Shown here: piece after piece, positions 12,079-23,875 of the stretch | Position numbering within the stretch: the stretch's first letter is position 1 | How the letters are laid out: each line of letters opens with the position of its first letter | Position numbers and translations under genes: made by a program | Assembly (NCBI GenBank): GCA_043228905.1 | Contig: JBHGNT010000015.1 | Span: forward strand, 18,104,001-18,168,000 | Source: Azolla caroliniana | Lineage: Eukaryota > Plantae > Polypodiophyta | Reading direction: 5' to 3' | Length of the DNA: 64,000 nt | The notes under the pieces: model-generated | Told to the model about the DNA's origin: nothing | The model's input: the letters and a program-made list of their open reading frames with translations, nothing else | Database searches by the model: none

Positions 12079-15000
12079 AGAATCAAGCTCAACATAGTGC
12101 AATGTGTGAACACACCTTTTGAGAATCCATGATTACTCAAAGGTCAAGAGTCACACCACTACTCTCTACACATTAACTATGTGTCATAGAATCATATTCT
12201 ATGACACATAACTAATGAGTTACATATTGCCCATGACTATGAGTCTTCACATTCCCCAAGAGAGAGAGTGGTTGTTGTAAAGTTAATGAAGAGAGAGGGT
12301 GACTCTATATAAAGCACCCTCCTCATACTTCATACTAAGTTGGTTGTGACTCCTTATTATGCTACATTTTGTAAATCTTATTCTACTTGTGAAATATACA
12401 CCTTCTTGAGTATTCCTTTTTCTATCTATCTTGTGTTCTCTCATCTCTCCTCTAATTCCTCTCACACATACACATAGCACACATCTCTTCTGCTACACAA
12501 GAATCATACTTGATTCTTTACATGGAATCAGAGCGATTTGGTAGCTCAATCTAGCCCACTCGCCTCTTCGTGATCGTGTGTTGTGCTCTACGCTGACGTT
12601 CAAGAAGAACCGACTCATCGCTATCGTAGTACCACTACATAGCTCGTGTTCGAGAGAGAAGGAAAAGAAGAAAGGAAGCTTAATCGACAATGAATACTCA
12701 AATGGGGAGCGCTCTCCCTAGCGAGAAGTTGGATCACAACAACTTTGCATCTTGGGAGTACAAGATGCACCAATACCTTGTCGGCCAAGGCTATTGGAGT
12801 TACATCAAGGGAGCACAAGAATACCGACCTGACCCGAAAGATGCCGACTATGCAACTTCGGAGCAAGCGCCAAGCCGAGTGATGTATTGCTTGGCGACAT
12901 GTGTTCACGACCACATGCTCGGCTACATTCGAGAAGCCGAGACGCCGAAGGAAGCGTGGGAGAATCTACGAAAGATTTTCGCCGCCAACATGACCGCGAG
13001 AAAGCTTCAACTTCGCCAAGAGTTGAACGACATCCAACAACGGGATATGTCCATTACAAGCTACACCTTGAAGATCAAGGAGCTTTGTGATGCACTCGGC
13101 TTGATAAGCGTCAATGTGGAGGATGACGAAATGGTGCAAATATGCCTCGGCAGCCTTGCACCACGGTTCGGTGCGATGCGGATCGCCGTACTAGCACGGG
13201 AGAATCCGCCCTCCTTCTTCGATCTTCAATCCATGTTGTTGGTTGAAGAGAATCATGTTCGAACAAGGAGCAACGCCTTGGAAGGCCACATGCTCTACAC
13301 ACATTCGGACGGAGGAAGAGAACGCGGCCTTGCAAGAAGAGGCCAATTCGGCCAAGGACGAGGCGGACGAGGCCCGACTTACGAAAACAACTCTCAATTA
13401 AGGCAACAAGATGGAGGCCATCGAGGAATTTTAGGAAGAAGGGGGAGCCACCATTCTGGTCCAAGCCGACAAAACTCAGTCGAATGCGGATATTGTGGAA
13501 AAATCGGTCATCGCGAAAAGAATTTTGTAAGAAGATACGTGAGTCGGCTTCCACTAGCCGACAACTCACCAATTACACCGCCGACTCCGAGTACGACGAC
13601 TACGGTGGATTATTCGTAATGAGACATAGAGCGAATTCTATGTCGGCCTCTACTTCTACTAGTGCCTCCGGTCCGGAAGATGTATGGTTCGTCGATTCTG
13701 GTGCCTCAAACCATATGACATTGCATCAAGAATGATTCTGAGAACTTCGAGAGCCGGAACGACCCGGCTATGTCGAAACCGGAGACGACACTACGCATCC
13801 GATTCGGCACATCGGCAATGTTCCGTTCGGAGAAGAAGGTAAGCAAACTTACATTAAAAATGTCTTGCATGTACCAACTATGACGAAGAATTTGGTCTCC
13901 GTCGGCCAAATTGTAGAGCAAGGAATGCAAGTTCGATTTAATCAAGGCGGTTGCTTCATCGAAAAAGAGGGCCGACTCATCGCTCACGGACGAAGAGAGG
14001 GCCGAATGTTCATTCTCGACTCGCACGAGATGAAATCGGCCATGTTCGCAAAGGGCATGAAAGACGATTCCGACATAGAGTTATGGCACAAGCGGATTGG
14101 CCATATCAACCTCCAAAAGCTCAAGGCAATGCATTCGAAAGGAGTCGTCATCGGGCTCCCGACATTCACGGAGAAAGAGATTGAAGGCGTGTGTGCCACT
14201 TGCCAATTCGGCAAGCAACATCGGCACCCATTTCCGAAGGAGCGGAACGTGAGCAAAGGCATACTCGACGCAATTCATTCTGATGTATGGGGTCCGGCTT
14301 AGACGGCGACATTCGGCGGATGCCGATACTACGTGACCTTCATCGACGACTTCTCTAGGCACACTTGGATCTACCCGATGCGGCAAAAGAGCGAAGTGTT
14401 CGGACACTTCCAAAACTTCAAGAATGAAGTCGAGAAAGCCACAGACCGACATGTATGATGTCTTCGGTCAGATGGAGGCAAGGAATATTTCTCGGATGAG
14501 TTTACGGCGTATCTACGGAAAGAAAGAATTCGGCGAGAGTTTTCGTGTCGACATACGCCACAACAAAACGGAGTGGCCGAACGAAAGAATCAACACATCC
14601 TCGAAGTAGCACGGGCCATGATGAACGAAAAGCACGTGCCGAATTCCTCATGAATCGGTGTACAACATCCAGTGTGCATGACCTCACACCGCACGAGAAG
14701 TTTTTCAGAAAGAAGCTGGACCTATCGCATGTTCGGATATTCGGCTCCATTGCGTACGTGCACATCCCCGACAAGAAGCGTCAAAAGCTTGACCTGAAAT
14801 AAGAGAAATGTATCCTCGTAAGATACTGATTGGAGCAAAAGGGGTACAAGTGCTACAATCCCTCAACTCGAAAATCTCGAGTAAGTCAAGACGTCGTTTT
14901 CGATGAGTCCGCATCCTGGTACACACTAGAGACAACTTCGACTCCGATTTCGCTCGACCTAGAATACGCCGAAATAGAGATAGAAGCCGGAGATCGCCTT

Positions 15001-17449
15001 ACGCGCATGTTCGAAGAAAGTCCGATCATGACCCGACTGAGCGGACCACAAGAGCCTCCGAGCGATCAAAGCACATCTCGACCGAGTCCGAAGCTAGACA
15101 AAGGGAAGGCGAAAATGCTGGAGTTTGATGACGATCACATCGACAACAATGAATCAACTCACTCCCTCGATAGTGAGTTCGAAGGCCTTGAGATCCGGAC
15201 AAATGGAGCGGAGAAAGCCATAGTATCCGCAAACGAGAAGCTCTGCCGATCCACCCGTGAAAAAAACCCTGTAAGCCGATTCAGCTACAACGATTACATG
15301 GCGTACCATTATGCCTTTTTGATGAAGGTAGCAACAGTACGAGAGCCGGAAACCTTTTCCGAAGCCGTGAAGGACCCGCAATGGATCGAAGCAATGAACG
15401 AGAAGATGCGTGCACTACGCAAGAACGAGACATGGGATCTCGTTCCCCACTCACCGCACAAGAAGGCAATTGGCTGCAGATGGATCTACAAGGTGAAATA
15501 TAATGCCGACGGCTCCGTCAACTGCTACAAAGCTCGATTCGTAGTGAAAGGATACACACAAACACATGGAGTCGACTATGAAGAGACCTTTTCCCCGGTG
15601 GCAAAGATGACGACGTTGCAAACTGTGATCGCACTTGCTACGGCAAAAGGGTGGCACCTCCACCAAATGGACGTCAAGAATTCCTTTCTTCAAGGAGAAT
15701 TAGATGAGGAGGTGTACATGGTACAACCACCCGGCTTCGAATCACGCATTCATCCAAAATCCGCATGCCAACTCAAGAAGCCTCTCTACGGCCTCAAGCA
15801 AGCACTAGCACAAAGATTACGCAATATCTTCATCAAATCGGATTTCAAATGTCGAAATCTGACAACTCCCTCTACGTACGACACGACTCTAGAAGCCTAA
15901 TTGTCATCATCCTATACGTGGATGATCTGGTCATTGGAGGTGAAAGTCTAGTCGACATCAACAAGGTCAAGTCCCTCCTCTTCGGAAAATTCGAGATGAC
16001 AGACATGAAGGAGCTCCATTACTTGGCATCGAAGTAATTCAGATTCCGGCCGGCATTATGATCTCTCAACGACACTACATTCTCAACTTGTTATACAAGT
16101 TCCGGATGACTGAGTGCAAATCGGTCTCTACACCTCTCGATTGAAACCTCAAACTAGATGCTGACTCCAGCACAGACGAGTGCGAGCCAACCCAATATCG
16201 TCAACTGATGAGGAGCCTCATCTATCTCATGATTATTCAACCCGACCTTAGCTATCCAGTCGGACTCCTCAACCAATTCATGCAAAAACCATGCAACATT
16301 CACTTGGATTGCGCTAAGCGAGTATTATGATACGTGAGTGGCACAATGGATTACGAGGTTCTCTACGCATTGGCTACACCAATATGACTCGAAGGGTACA
16401 CAGACGTAGACTGGGCAGGCTACAAAGCTGATCGACGATAGACCTCCGGACTTGTCTTCTCGCTCGGTAGCGGAGCAATATCTTGGAGTAGTAAGAAGCA
16501 GCCTACTGTCGCACTTTCGAGTACGGAGGTCGAATACAGGGGCGCAACCATAACTGCATGTGAAGCCGTATGGCTCAAGAGGATTTTGAAGGATTTGGGC
16601 GTCCCCATCAAGGATCCGACTCCCATTTACTGCAACAACATGAGCAGTATATATTTGGCTTGGAATCCAGTGTTCCACGCACGCACAAAGCATATCGAAG
16701 TGCACTATCACTTCATTCGAGAGCGCGTACAGGCCAGAGATGTCAACCTTCAACACATCAACACGAATCTTCAGACGACTGACATCTTCACCAAAGCCTT
16801 AGGAGCCGACAAGCTTCGACAATTCATGTCAGACCTCGGATTGACGATTCCTGACATTTCAAGCTTGAGGGGGAGTACAAGTGAGAACCGGATACCGTTC
16901 AAACCGGGAAGCGGACACCAGAGATCGTCCGAACCGGATACCAGCCGAAGCGGACATCAATCAAAAGGAACCGACCCGAGTTGAGCTTGAGGGGGCGTGT
17001 TGAGAATCAAGCTCAACATAGTGCAATGTGTGAACACACCTTTTGAGAATCCATGATTACTCAAAGGTCAAGAGTCACACCACTACTCTCTACACATTAA
17101 CTATGTGTCATAGAATCATATTCTATGACACATAACTAATGAGTTACATATTCCCCATGACTATGAGTCTTCACATTCCCCAAGAGAGAGAGTGGTTATT
17201 GTAAAGTTAACGAAGAGAGAGGGGGACTCTATATAAAGCACCCTCCTCATACTTCATACTAAGTTGGTTGTGACTCCTTATTATGCTACATTTTGTAAAT
17301 CTTATTCTACTTGTGAAATATACACCTTCTTCTTGAGTATTCCTTTTTCTATCTATCTTGTGTTCTCTCATCTCTCCTCTAATTCCTCTCACACATACAC
17401 ATAACATACATATCTTCTGCTACACAAGAATCATACCCTATTCTTTACA
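12079..17449 (+). mobile_element. Copia element D1, full length, degenerate
   Basis: 5' LTR ~12079-12522 (first 5 bp TGTTG and left TSD deleted), PBS TGGAATCAGAGC 12523-12534 (tRNA-iMet, 1 mismatch), PPT 16987-16997, 3' LTR 16998-17449. Confidence 0.95.
12690..16984 (+). pseudogene. D1 gag-PR-IN-RT-RH polyprotein with stops and frameshifts
   Basis: UBN2-type gag, CGYCGKIGH knuckle, WFVDSGASNHM, LWHKRIGH, HSDVWGP, PQQNGVAE, QMDVKN, LYVDDL, TKHIEVHYHF. Confidence 0.95.
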
Positions 17450-19248
17450 ATCTGTATTTCCAATGTAGTCGGAATCGGTATAGCCTTCGACTTCGGCTGA
17501 GTTTATCAGTCCGAAAGTTAGTTGTGCATCCGCGGTTCCTTTTAGATACCTAAGGATGTCCTTGATGGCCTCCCAATGCTTCTTTCCTGGGTTTGACATG
17601 TACCGGCTGACCACCCCTACAACATAGGCTAGGTCAGGTCGAGTTGCCACCATTGCTTACATGATACTTCCTACTACCGATGCATAGGGTATCTTTCCAT
17701 TAAGCTCTCCCTCCTTGTCCGTCGAAGGAGAATCTCTGTCCGATAGTCTGATCGACGACGGAAGTGGTGTCAGTGCTGGCTCCGCATTCTCCATGTTGAA
17801 GTGCTTCAACACTTTGTGGATGTAATCGGACTGGGAGAGTCGGAGAGTCCTGGTCATCTGATTTCACTCTATCCTCATGCCCACTATGTGTCGGGCTTGT
17901 CCTAGTTCCTTCATTGCGAATTTTGCATGAAGACTCTGCTTTAGCTTACCGATCTCTGCCTGATTGCTTCCTGCAATCAGCATGTCGTCGACATATAGGA
18001 TCAGATAGATCCTGGACTTGTCGGCCAGTTGCCGAACATACATGCATGGGTCAGAGTCTGATTTGTTGTATCCAAGCTGCCGTATGTAGGAGTCAAACTT
18101 CTGGTACCACATTCTCGGTGCTTGTTTTAGGCCATATAGAATTTTCTTTAGTCAACATACAAGGTGACTATCCTCCCTCGTCGTTGTGAAGCTTGTCGGC
18201 TGAGACATGTATATGTCTTCTTCCAGATCTTCGTGTAGGAACGCCGTCTTTATGTCCATTTGCTCTAGCTCTAGGTCCTCTGTCGCCACAACTCCTAGTA
18301 GGAGTCGGAGGGTGGTCTTCTTGACTATAGGTGAAAATATCTCGTCGTAGTCGACCCCATGTTCTTGTTTGAACCCTTTTGCGACAAGCCGAACTTTATA
18401 CTTGGGTTTCTCTGAATCAGATACATATTTGTATCGGAATACCCACTTGCAAGGTAGCGGCTTTCGTCCAGCTGGTAGTTCGACCAGCTCCCATGTCTGA
18501 TTCTGATGAATCGAGCCCATTTCGGATTTCATGGCTTGTAGCCATGTTTTGGCATCCGGTGCGACCATAGCTTCTTCATACGTGCTTGGTTTGCCTGCAT
18601 CCGTGTAGTTAACGTAGTCGAGGCCCGGTTGATAAACCTCTGTTTGCCTTCGCGCTCGTCCAGATCTCCTGAGTGTCGAAATGTTTGGTTCAAATCCTTC
18701 AATCGGTTCTGTTTGACGATCGGCATTTGATGAACCATATGTGTTAGGAGTCTTGCTAGGTATTCCACCCCCGGTTTGGGATTTTGGCGGTGTTTGGGTG
18801 TTCTTCCCTGTGGGTATCGTCGACTCTTTTCTGACTTGTCTCTTGGTGACTCTGCCTTTGTCAACTCTTGTCAATTCGGCCGTGTCTTTGAAGACTTTGT
18901 CTTTGAGTTCGACGATAGGACTTGTTGCCAATTCAGTGTCGGCAGGGAAGTTGGCGGCTTGTTGGAGTTCGACTATTTGTCGAGTCTCCGATTCGGCCCG
19001 GTTGGTCTGTCCTTCCACGACAATGCTGTCATCTTCAAAGGATACCTTCTTACCCATTGTCTTTTGCTGGTTCCTTTGAGAGAAGATAGAGTCTTCATTG
19101 AAGACCACGTCGTTGCTCCGGATCAATTTCTGGTTCTCAGGGTCCCATAGCCGGTAGCCAAAGTCCCCATCGGTTCCATAACCGAGAAATATGCACTTCG
19201 TTGCATGGGGTGCTAGCTTTGTCCTTTTGTCCTTGGGGATGAACACGT
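17450..19248 (-). pseudogene. Element E RT and integrase C-terminal region
   Basis: KCIFLGY, NQTWELV, RLVAKGF, EQMDIKTAFLH, ILYVDDML, TRPDLAY. Confidence 0.93.
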
Positions 19249-20553
19249 TGTCGCGAAAATACGACGAGGATACGTGAACGTTGAGGCAAGACCCCGGGGC
19301 CTTTGTCTAGAGGATATCAAATTCGTGTATTTATATACTAAGAATTAACCGAAATGAGAAAGATTAACAAATTTCATTAATAAAAGGGAAAGAAAGATTA
19401 CAATCAATCCCAAGATTGGGATTACAAAAGTTTTATCTTATGGAGATGATTAGAATAATAGATTAGAGGAAATAAGAGATTATGATTCTTGAGTGATATG
19501 GCTTTGACAAGGAATTTTGGATTTTGAGAGATTGCTTCCGTATAGAAATTATGGTTTACTTAAGAGATAGCTTCCGTAGGGAAGATTAGGGTTCTTGGCT
19601 TCGATAAGATAAGAGAGCTCCCAAAGAAAAATAAAATAAAATTTATAATATGGAGAGTCTATCCTAGTGTAGGAAAAAAAATGGAATAAATATGGAGTTC
19701 CCCCTTGATCATAGCCTTTCCACTTTTTGTTGCATGGCCTCTACTTTTAGTTGCCTAGCTTTTTCTTTTGGTTGCATGTGACTGTCCACATGACCTTTAC
19801 TTTTTCCATGCACTCCCTTCTTTAGTTGCTTGCGTCCACATGGCCTTTACTTTAGTTTGTTGCATGATCCAATCTTTCGTCCGTCCGCGTCCAACCTCGT
19901 CCGGTAGCCGGTTCCATTTTGCTTGCCGGCCGATTCCGGTTTGCTTGCCGATTCCGATTCCGGTTTTGCTTACCGACCGGTTTCCGATTTGCTTGCCGGT
20001 TCCGATTTTGCTTGCCGGCCGATTCCGGTTTTGCTTACCGGCCGGTTTCCAGTTTTACTTACCAGCCGGTTTGCATACCCGTTCCGATTCTGGTTTTGCT
20101 TGTCGGCCGGTTCCAATTTTGCATACCAGCCAGTTTCCGGATTGCATACCGGCCGGTTTCCGGATTTGCTTACCGGCCGGTTTCCGGATTTGCTTACCGG
20201 ACCCGTTTTCCGGGTTTGCTTACCGGCCGGTTTCCGGTTTTAAGGAATTTGGCCACCATCATCCATCAAGACAAAGTGGCCAAAGTGCTCTTAGCACAAA
20301 TGAAAAATGAGGGAGCTCAAAGTGTTTATATAGCTAGGGCCTTAACTTTCCTATCTATGTGGGATAGTTCTAATTTCCCTATCTAATCAAACTTTATTTT
20401 CTCATAACTTGGTATGTATTTCTCCATTTTGTATATAGTAAAATACATTTTGAAGCTCTTGAGTATATCCATCTTTCTATAGTAAGCTACTAATCTGATC
20501 TATAATAATTATTTCATTATTTTTTTACATAGTGTGTGAAGATTCACACGACA
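19249..20553 (-). mobile_element. Solo LTR (1305 bp) of TGTCG...CGACA Ty3 group
   Basis: TGTCG/CGACA termini, 4-bp TSD ACGT both sides, interrupts E integrase (GCEAY|VFIPKD). Confidence 0.88.
19900..20240. repeat. Degenerate ~23-bp tandem repeat (TTTGCTTACCGGCCGGTTTCCGG) inside solo LTR
   Basis: More than ten visible units. Confidence 0.9.
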
Positions 20554-21618
20554 ACGTAGGCTTCGCATCCAAATATACGGAGCCTATCGTAGGTCAACTA
20601 TTTGCCAGAGCATAGTGCCTGTGGCACTTCGAGCTTGATTGCTCTTGATGGCGCTAGATTTATCAGGTACACTACCGTCTGCAATGCCTCGGCCCAGAAT
20701 TCCAGCTTCAGTCCGGCTTGTTGGAGCATTGCTGTCACCCTCTCCTGGATCGTTCTGTTGATCCGTTTTGCCATCCCATTCTGCATGGGTGTGTATGGCA
20801 CGGTCTTTTGATGCTGGATCCCTTTTTCGGACAAGTACTGCTTGAAGGCTCTTGAGGTGTACTCAACTCCGTTGTCGGATATGAGTGTCTTCACTCTGTG
20901 TCCCAACTGGTTCTCCACTTCAGATATCCATCGAGTGAAGACCTTGAGCACTTCGTCTTTGGACTTGATGGAGTAAGCCCAAATTTTTCGTGTAGAATCA
21001 TCTACGAAAGTGATGAAGTACCGGGAGCCTCCTAGTGATCGCTCTGGCATAAGCCCACATATATTTGTGTGCACGAGCTCTAGGGGCTATTGTACTGTCT
21101 CGTAATGGAGAGAATGTGTATTTAGGGTCTGTTTCCCATATTGACAATGCTCGCAGAAGTCTGTCTTTGCCTGGAGTTTCGGGAGGTAGCCAACCGACAT
21201 CAGTCGATCAAGTCCGGCTTGAGACATATGGCCGAGTCGGCCATGCCATAAGTTTGGGTCGGTCTTTTCGGTTACGTTCACGACCCCTTCAGGGTTGATC
21301 GCCATCAATGGGTACAGATTGTTGTACTTGTACCCACTCCCGATTTTTAGGTTTCCCCGACTGATCACCCATGTCGACTCGTGTAGAGTCGTTCGATACC
21401 CGTCTTCGGCTAACATGCCGATGGAGAACAAACTCCTCTTTAGATCGGGTACGTGCTGAACTCAGTGTAGGGTTATTGTGTTGCTCCCCGGTTCCGGCTA
21501 CTTGGCACTCCTGCCTGTTTCCCAGTCAGACTGTGCCGCTGGCGTCGGTTGAATAGTCCGAAAACCATTCGATGTTGGGGGTCACGTGAAATGTGGCACC
21601 AGAGTCTAGTAGCCACGT
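20554..21618 (-). pseudogene. Element E integrase core, GAG-pre-integrase and protease C-part
   Basis: HTNICG, FVDDSTR, SDNGVEY, PMQNGMA, LWHGRLGH, CEHCQYGK, LLDSGATFH. Confidence 0.92.
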
Positions 21619-22392
21619 TGTCAAGGAAATCCTCGCGGATGCGTAGAAGTTGGGCAAGACCACGGAGGTCTTGAACCAAGGAATAGAGAAGTGAGGAGGA
21701 AGAGTCTGTGGTTTACATGAGCCTTGAGACCGTAGTTTAAACAGAAAAGATTAGCGAAACGAGAGAGAGATAGTGTAAGAGGAACGTGCGTAGACACAAG
21801 CACAGATAAATATGTTAAGAATAACTTGCGTTAGGTGGATAAACTTCTATTAATCAATATATGCGCGTGGCACTGTGGGTGATTACAACTAGATCAGTGC
21901 CGGTGTTTGAGCGTAGGCTCTAAAATAGTCAGGTACAGAGATGAGTGGGCACACAGAAGGTCGATCTCCTGGTCGGGGGAACTCGAGCGTCTGACGCGAG
22001 CAGGGGAAGTGCCTTCCGGTGGCATGTCGTAGGACTCCTCGTCTTCTTTGGTCTCTGTTTCCTTTCTCCTCTCTCTAAAATTCACATCCCCCTTTTAAAA
22101 CAGTTAAGGGTCGCCCCTTTTATAGCACAAGGAGCGACCGTTACAGAGCATTCATGGCCTTGTCGCTTTAACTTCCTAAATTCTCTCCCCCCCCCTTGAT
22201 TCGCTCTCCTCGTAACTCTCCCTACTTACGCGATGTCTGAATCCCTATTAATGCTTTAACTACCTAGTACACCTCCTTTTTCCTATGCCTAGTACTTACA
22301 CTATCTAATTCACTAGGGGCGTGCACTCGTGCACACCAGTGCTCCCGCGCGTTTCACATTGTTTCTACCGATGGCCCGGAATCTTCATGACA
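21619..22392 (-). mobile_element. Solo LTR (774 bp) related to A/B LTRs
   Basis: TGTCA...TGACA, TSD ACGT/ATGT; shares TGTC(A/G)TGAAGA start and TTGGTTCAAGACC U5 motif with B. Confidence 0.85.
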
Positions 22393-22957
22393 ATGTGTGT
22401 GCAACTTGTACACTGTAGAGGACTTCTCCAATCATCGAATCCTCTAGGGAGAGGATTTCTCTGGATCGGGTGTCGGCAACATTGATCTGATTGCCGATTG
22501 GAGAGTGGTCCGAGTCGGAACGTCCCTGATTCCGCTCGGATCGCCGACCACTCTCTTTTCTTTTTATCGACCAACAGTCGGAAATGTTGTGGCCAACTTT
22601 CTTGCAATGTGTGCAGTACTCACTTGTTCGGCCCGTTTTCGAATTCGATCGTTGTCGGTCCCCTCTTGTTTTCGATCGGCTATATCGTCGATCGGTTCTG
22701 TCAGCTTGTTCTTTCGTTCGACTTTGTCGGTCAAACGACTCAGTCGAGTGGTGGGCTTCTACCAACTCATCGATGGTCACTCCCATCGATTTTCTCTTGA
22801 TGTCCTCTGTGAGGACTTGGCCGGTTGTTTCGTCCAAATTTAGGATTGGTCGGCTATTGGCGTATGTCATACAGAATACCTCCCAACTCGTTGGCAAGCT
22901 TGATAGGAGGGCAAGGGCTTTCACTTCTTCTTCGAAGTTGATCCCTTGTAGTTGTGG
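22393..22957 (-). pseudogene. Element E gag C-terminal half
   Basis: EEVKALALLSSLPTSWE, CTHCKKVGHNISDC zinc knuckle; N-terminus missing. Confidence 0.9.
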
Positions 22958-23064
22958 GCCGTATGGCCTAAGCAAGGAGTGCGAGCATATAACCTTCGAC
23001 GGTTGAATAGTTAGGTTAAATAGTATGGTACCTAAAGAATAGTATAAAAGAGAGTAGTAGGGGA

Positions 23065-23157
<93 letters not shown>

Positions 23158-23875
23158 AATTTCAATTTATGTAAGAAAAGGTCTTTTGGCAAACATGTTT
23201 CGCTCTATATGAGCTCATTAGTGCTAAAGACCATATACAAAATTGTGAGAGGCTTATATAAGGGAAGATGAAAGAAGAGAGAAGGGGAGTGGTGGGGATG
23301 GATGAGAGGGGATTTGAATGTGTATAAAGGAGGATGTGGGAGTTAGGGAGGTAGTGAATGTAGAGAGGGATAACTTAATGAGTTTGATGGGAAGGGATGA
23401 TTTGGGATCTATTATATTTAGTTCTAATAGAATGATAGCAATAGTAAGTATGATGTTTTAATGGGGATTTGGGGATCTAATATATTTAGTTTTGACTAGA
23501 TAAGAATAGAGTGATTTGGACTTGGTCCAACATATGAAAGGCTTAGGAATGTCTTTTAGTTGGGGATCTAGGCTAAGGTCGGTGTGTAAGTCTTGTAAAA
23601 ACGAGTGGATGCCTAATTTAGGGGAGTTTTTAGAGTACCTAAGCTTGAATATGGTAGGTGTAAAGGAAGATTTGTTTTTATGCTTATGGATAAGAGTATT
23701 CCTAAGGGAGAAATGATGTTTTTAAAAGGCTTAAGGATGAAATTTGGTGGGTAACCTTGGCTAATGAGTCTAAGGAAGAAACATTTTTTCATTTCTAGGT
23801 ACCCTATAGGTGTGCTTTCTCTAACTAGGTAGCATTTTAATTCGTTTGAAATAAAATTTTGTTTGACATGTATGA
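22958..23875 (-). mobile_element. LTR-like fragment at a deletion junction, contains (AG)n 23070-23152
   Basis: Non-coding, with a TATATAA box in CCCTTATATAAGCCTCTC (minus) and a CT-rich leader; sits between truncated E gag and truncated D2 RT; no matching TSD. Confidence 0.4.

Noticed and set aside
19768-20386. Three overlapping ORFs of 106-180 aa
   Set aside because: Products of a stop-free tandem repeat inside a solo LTR
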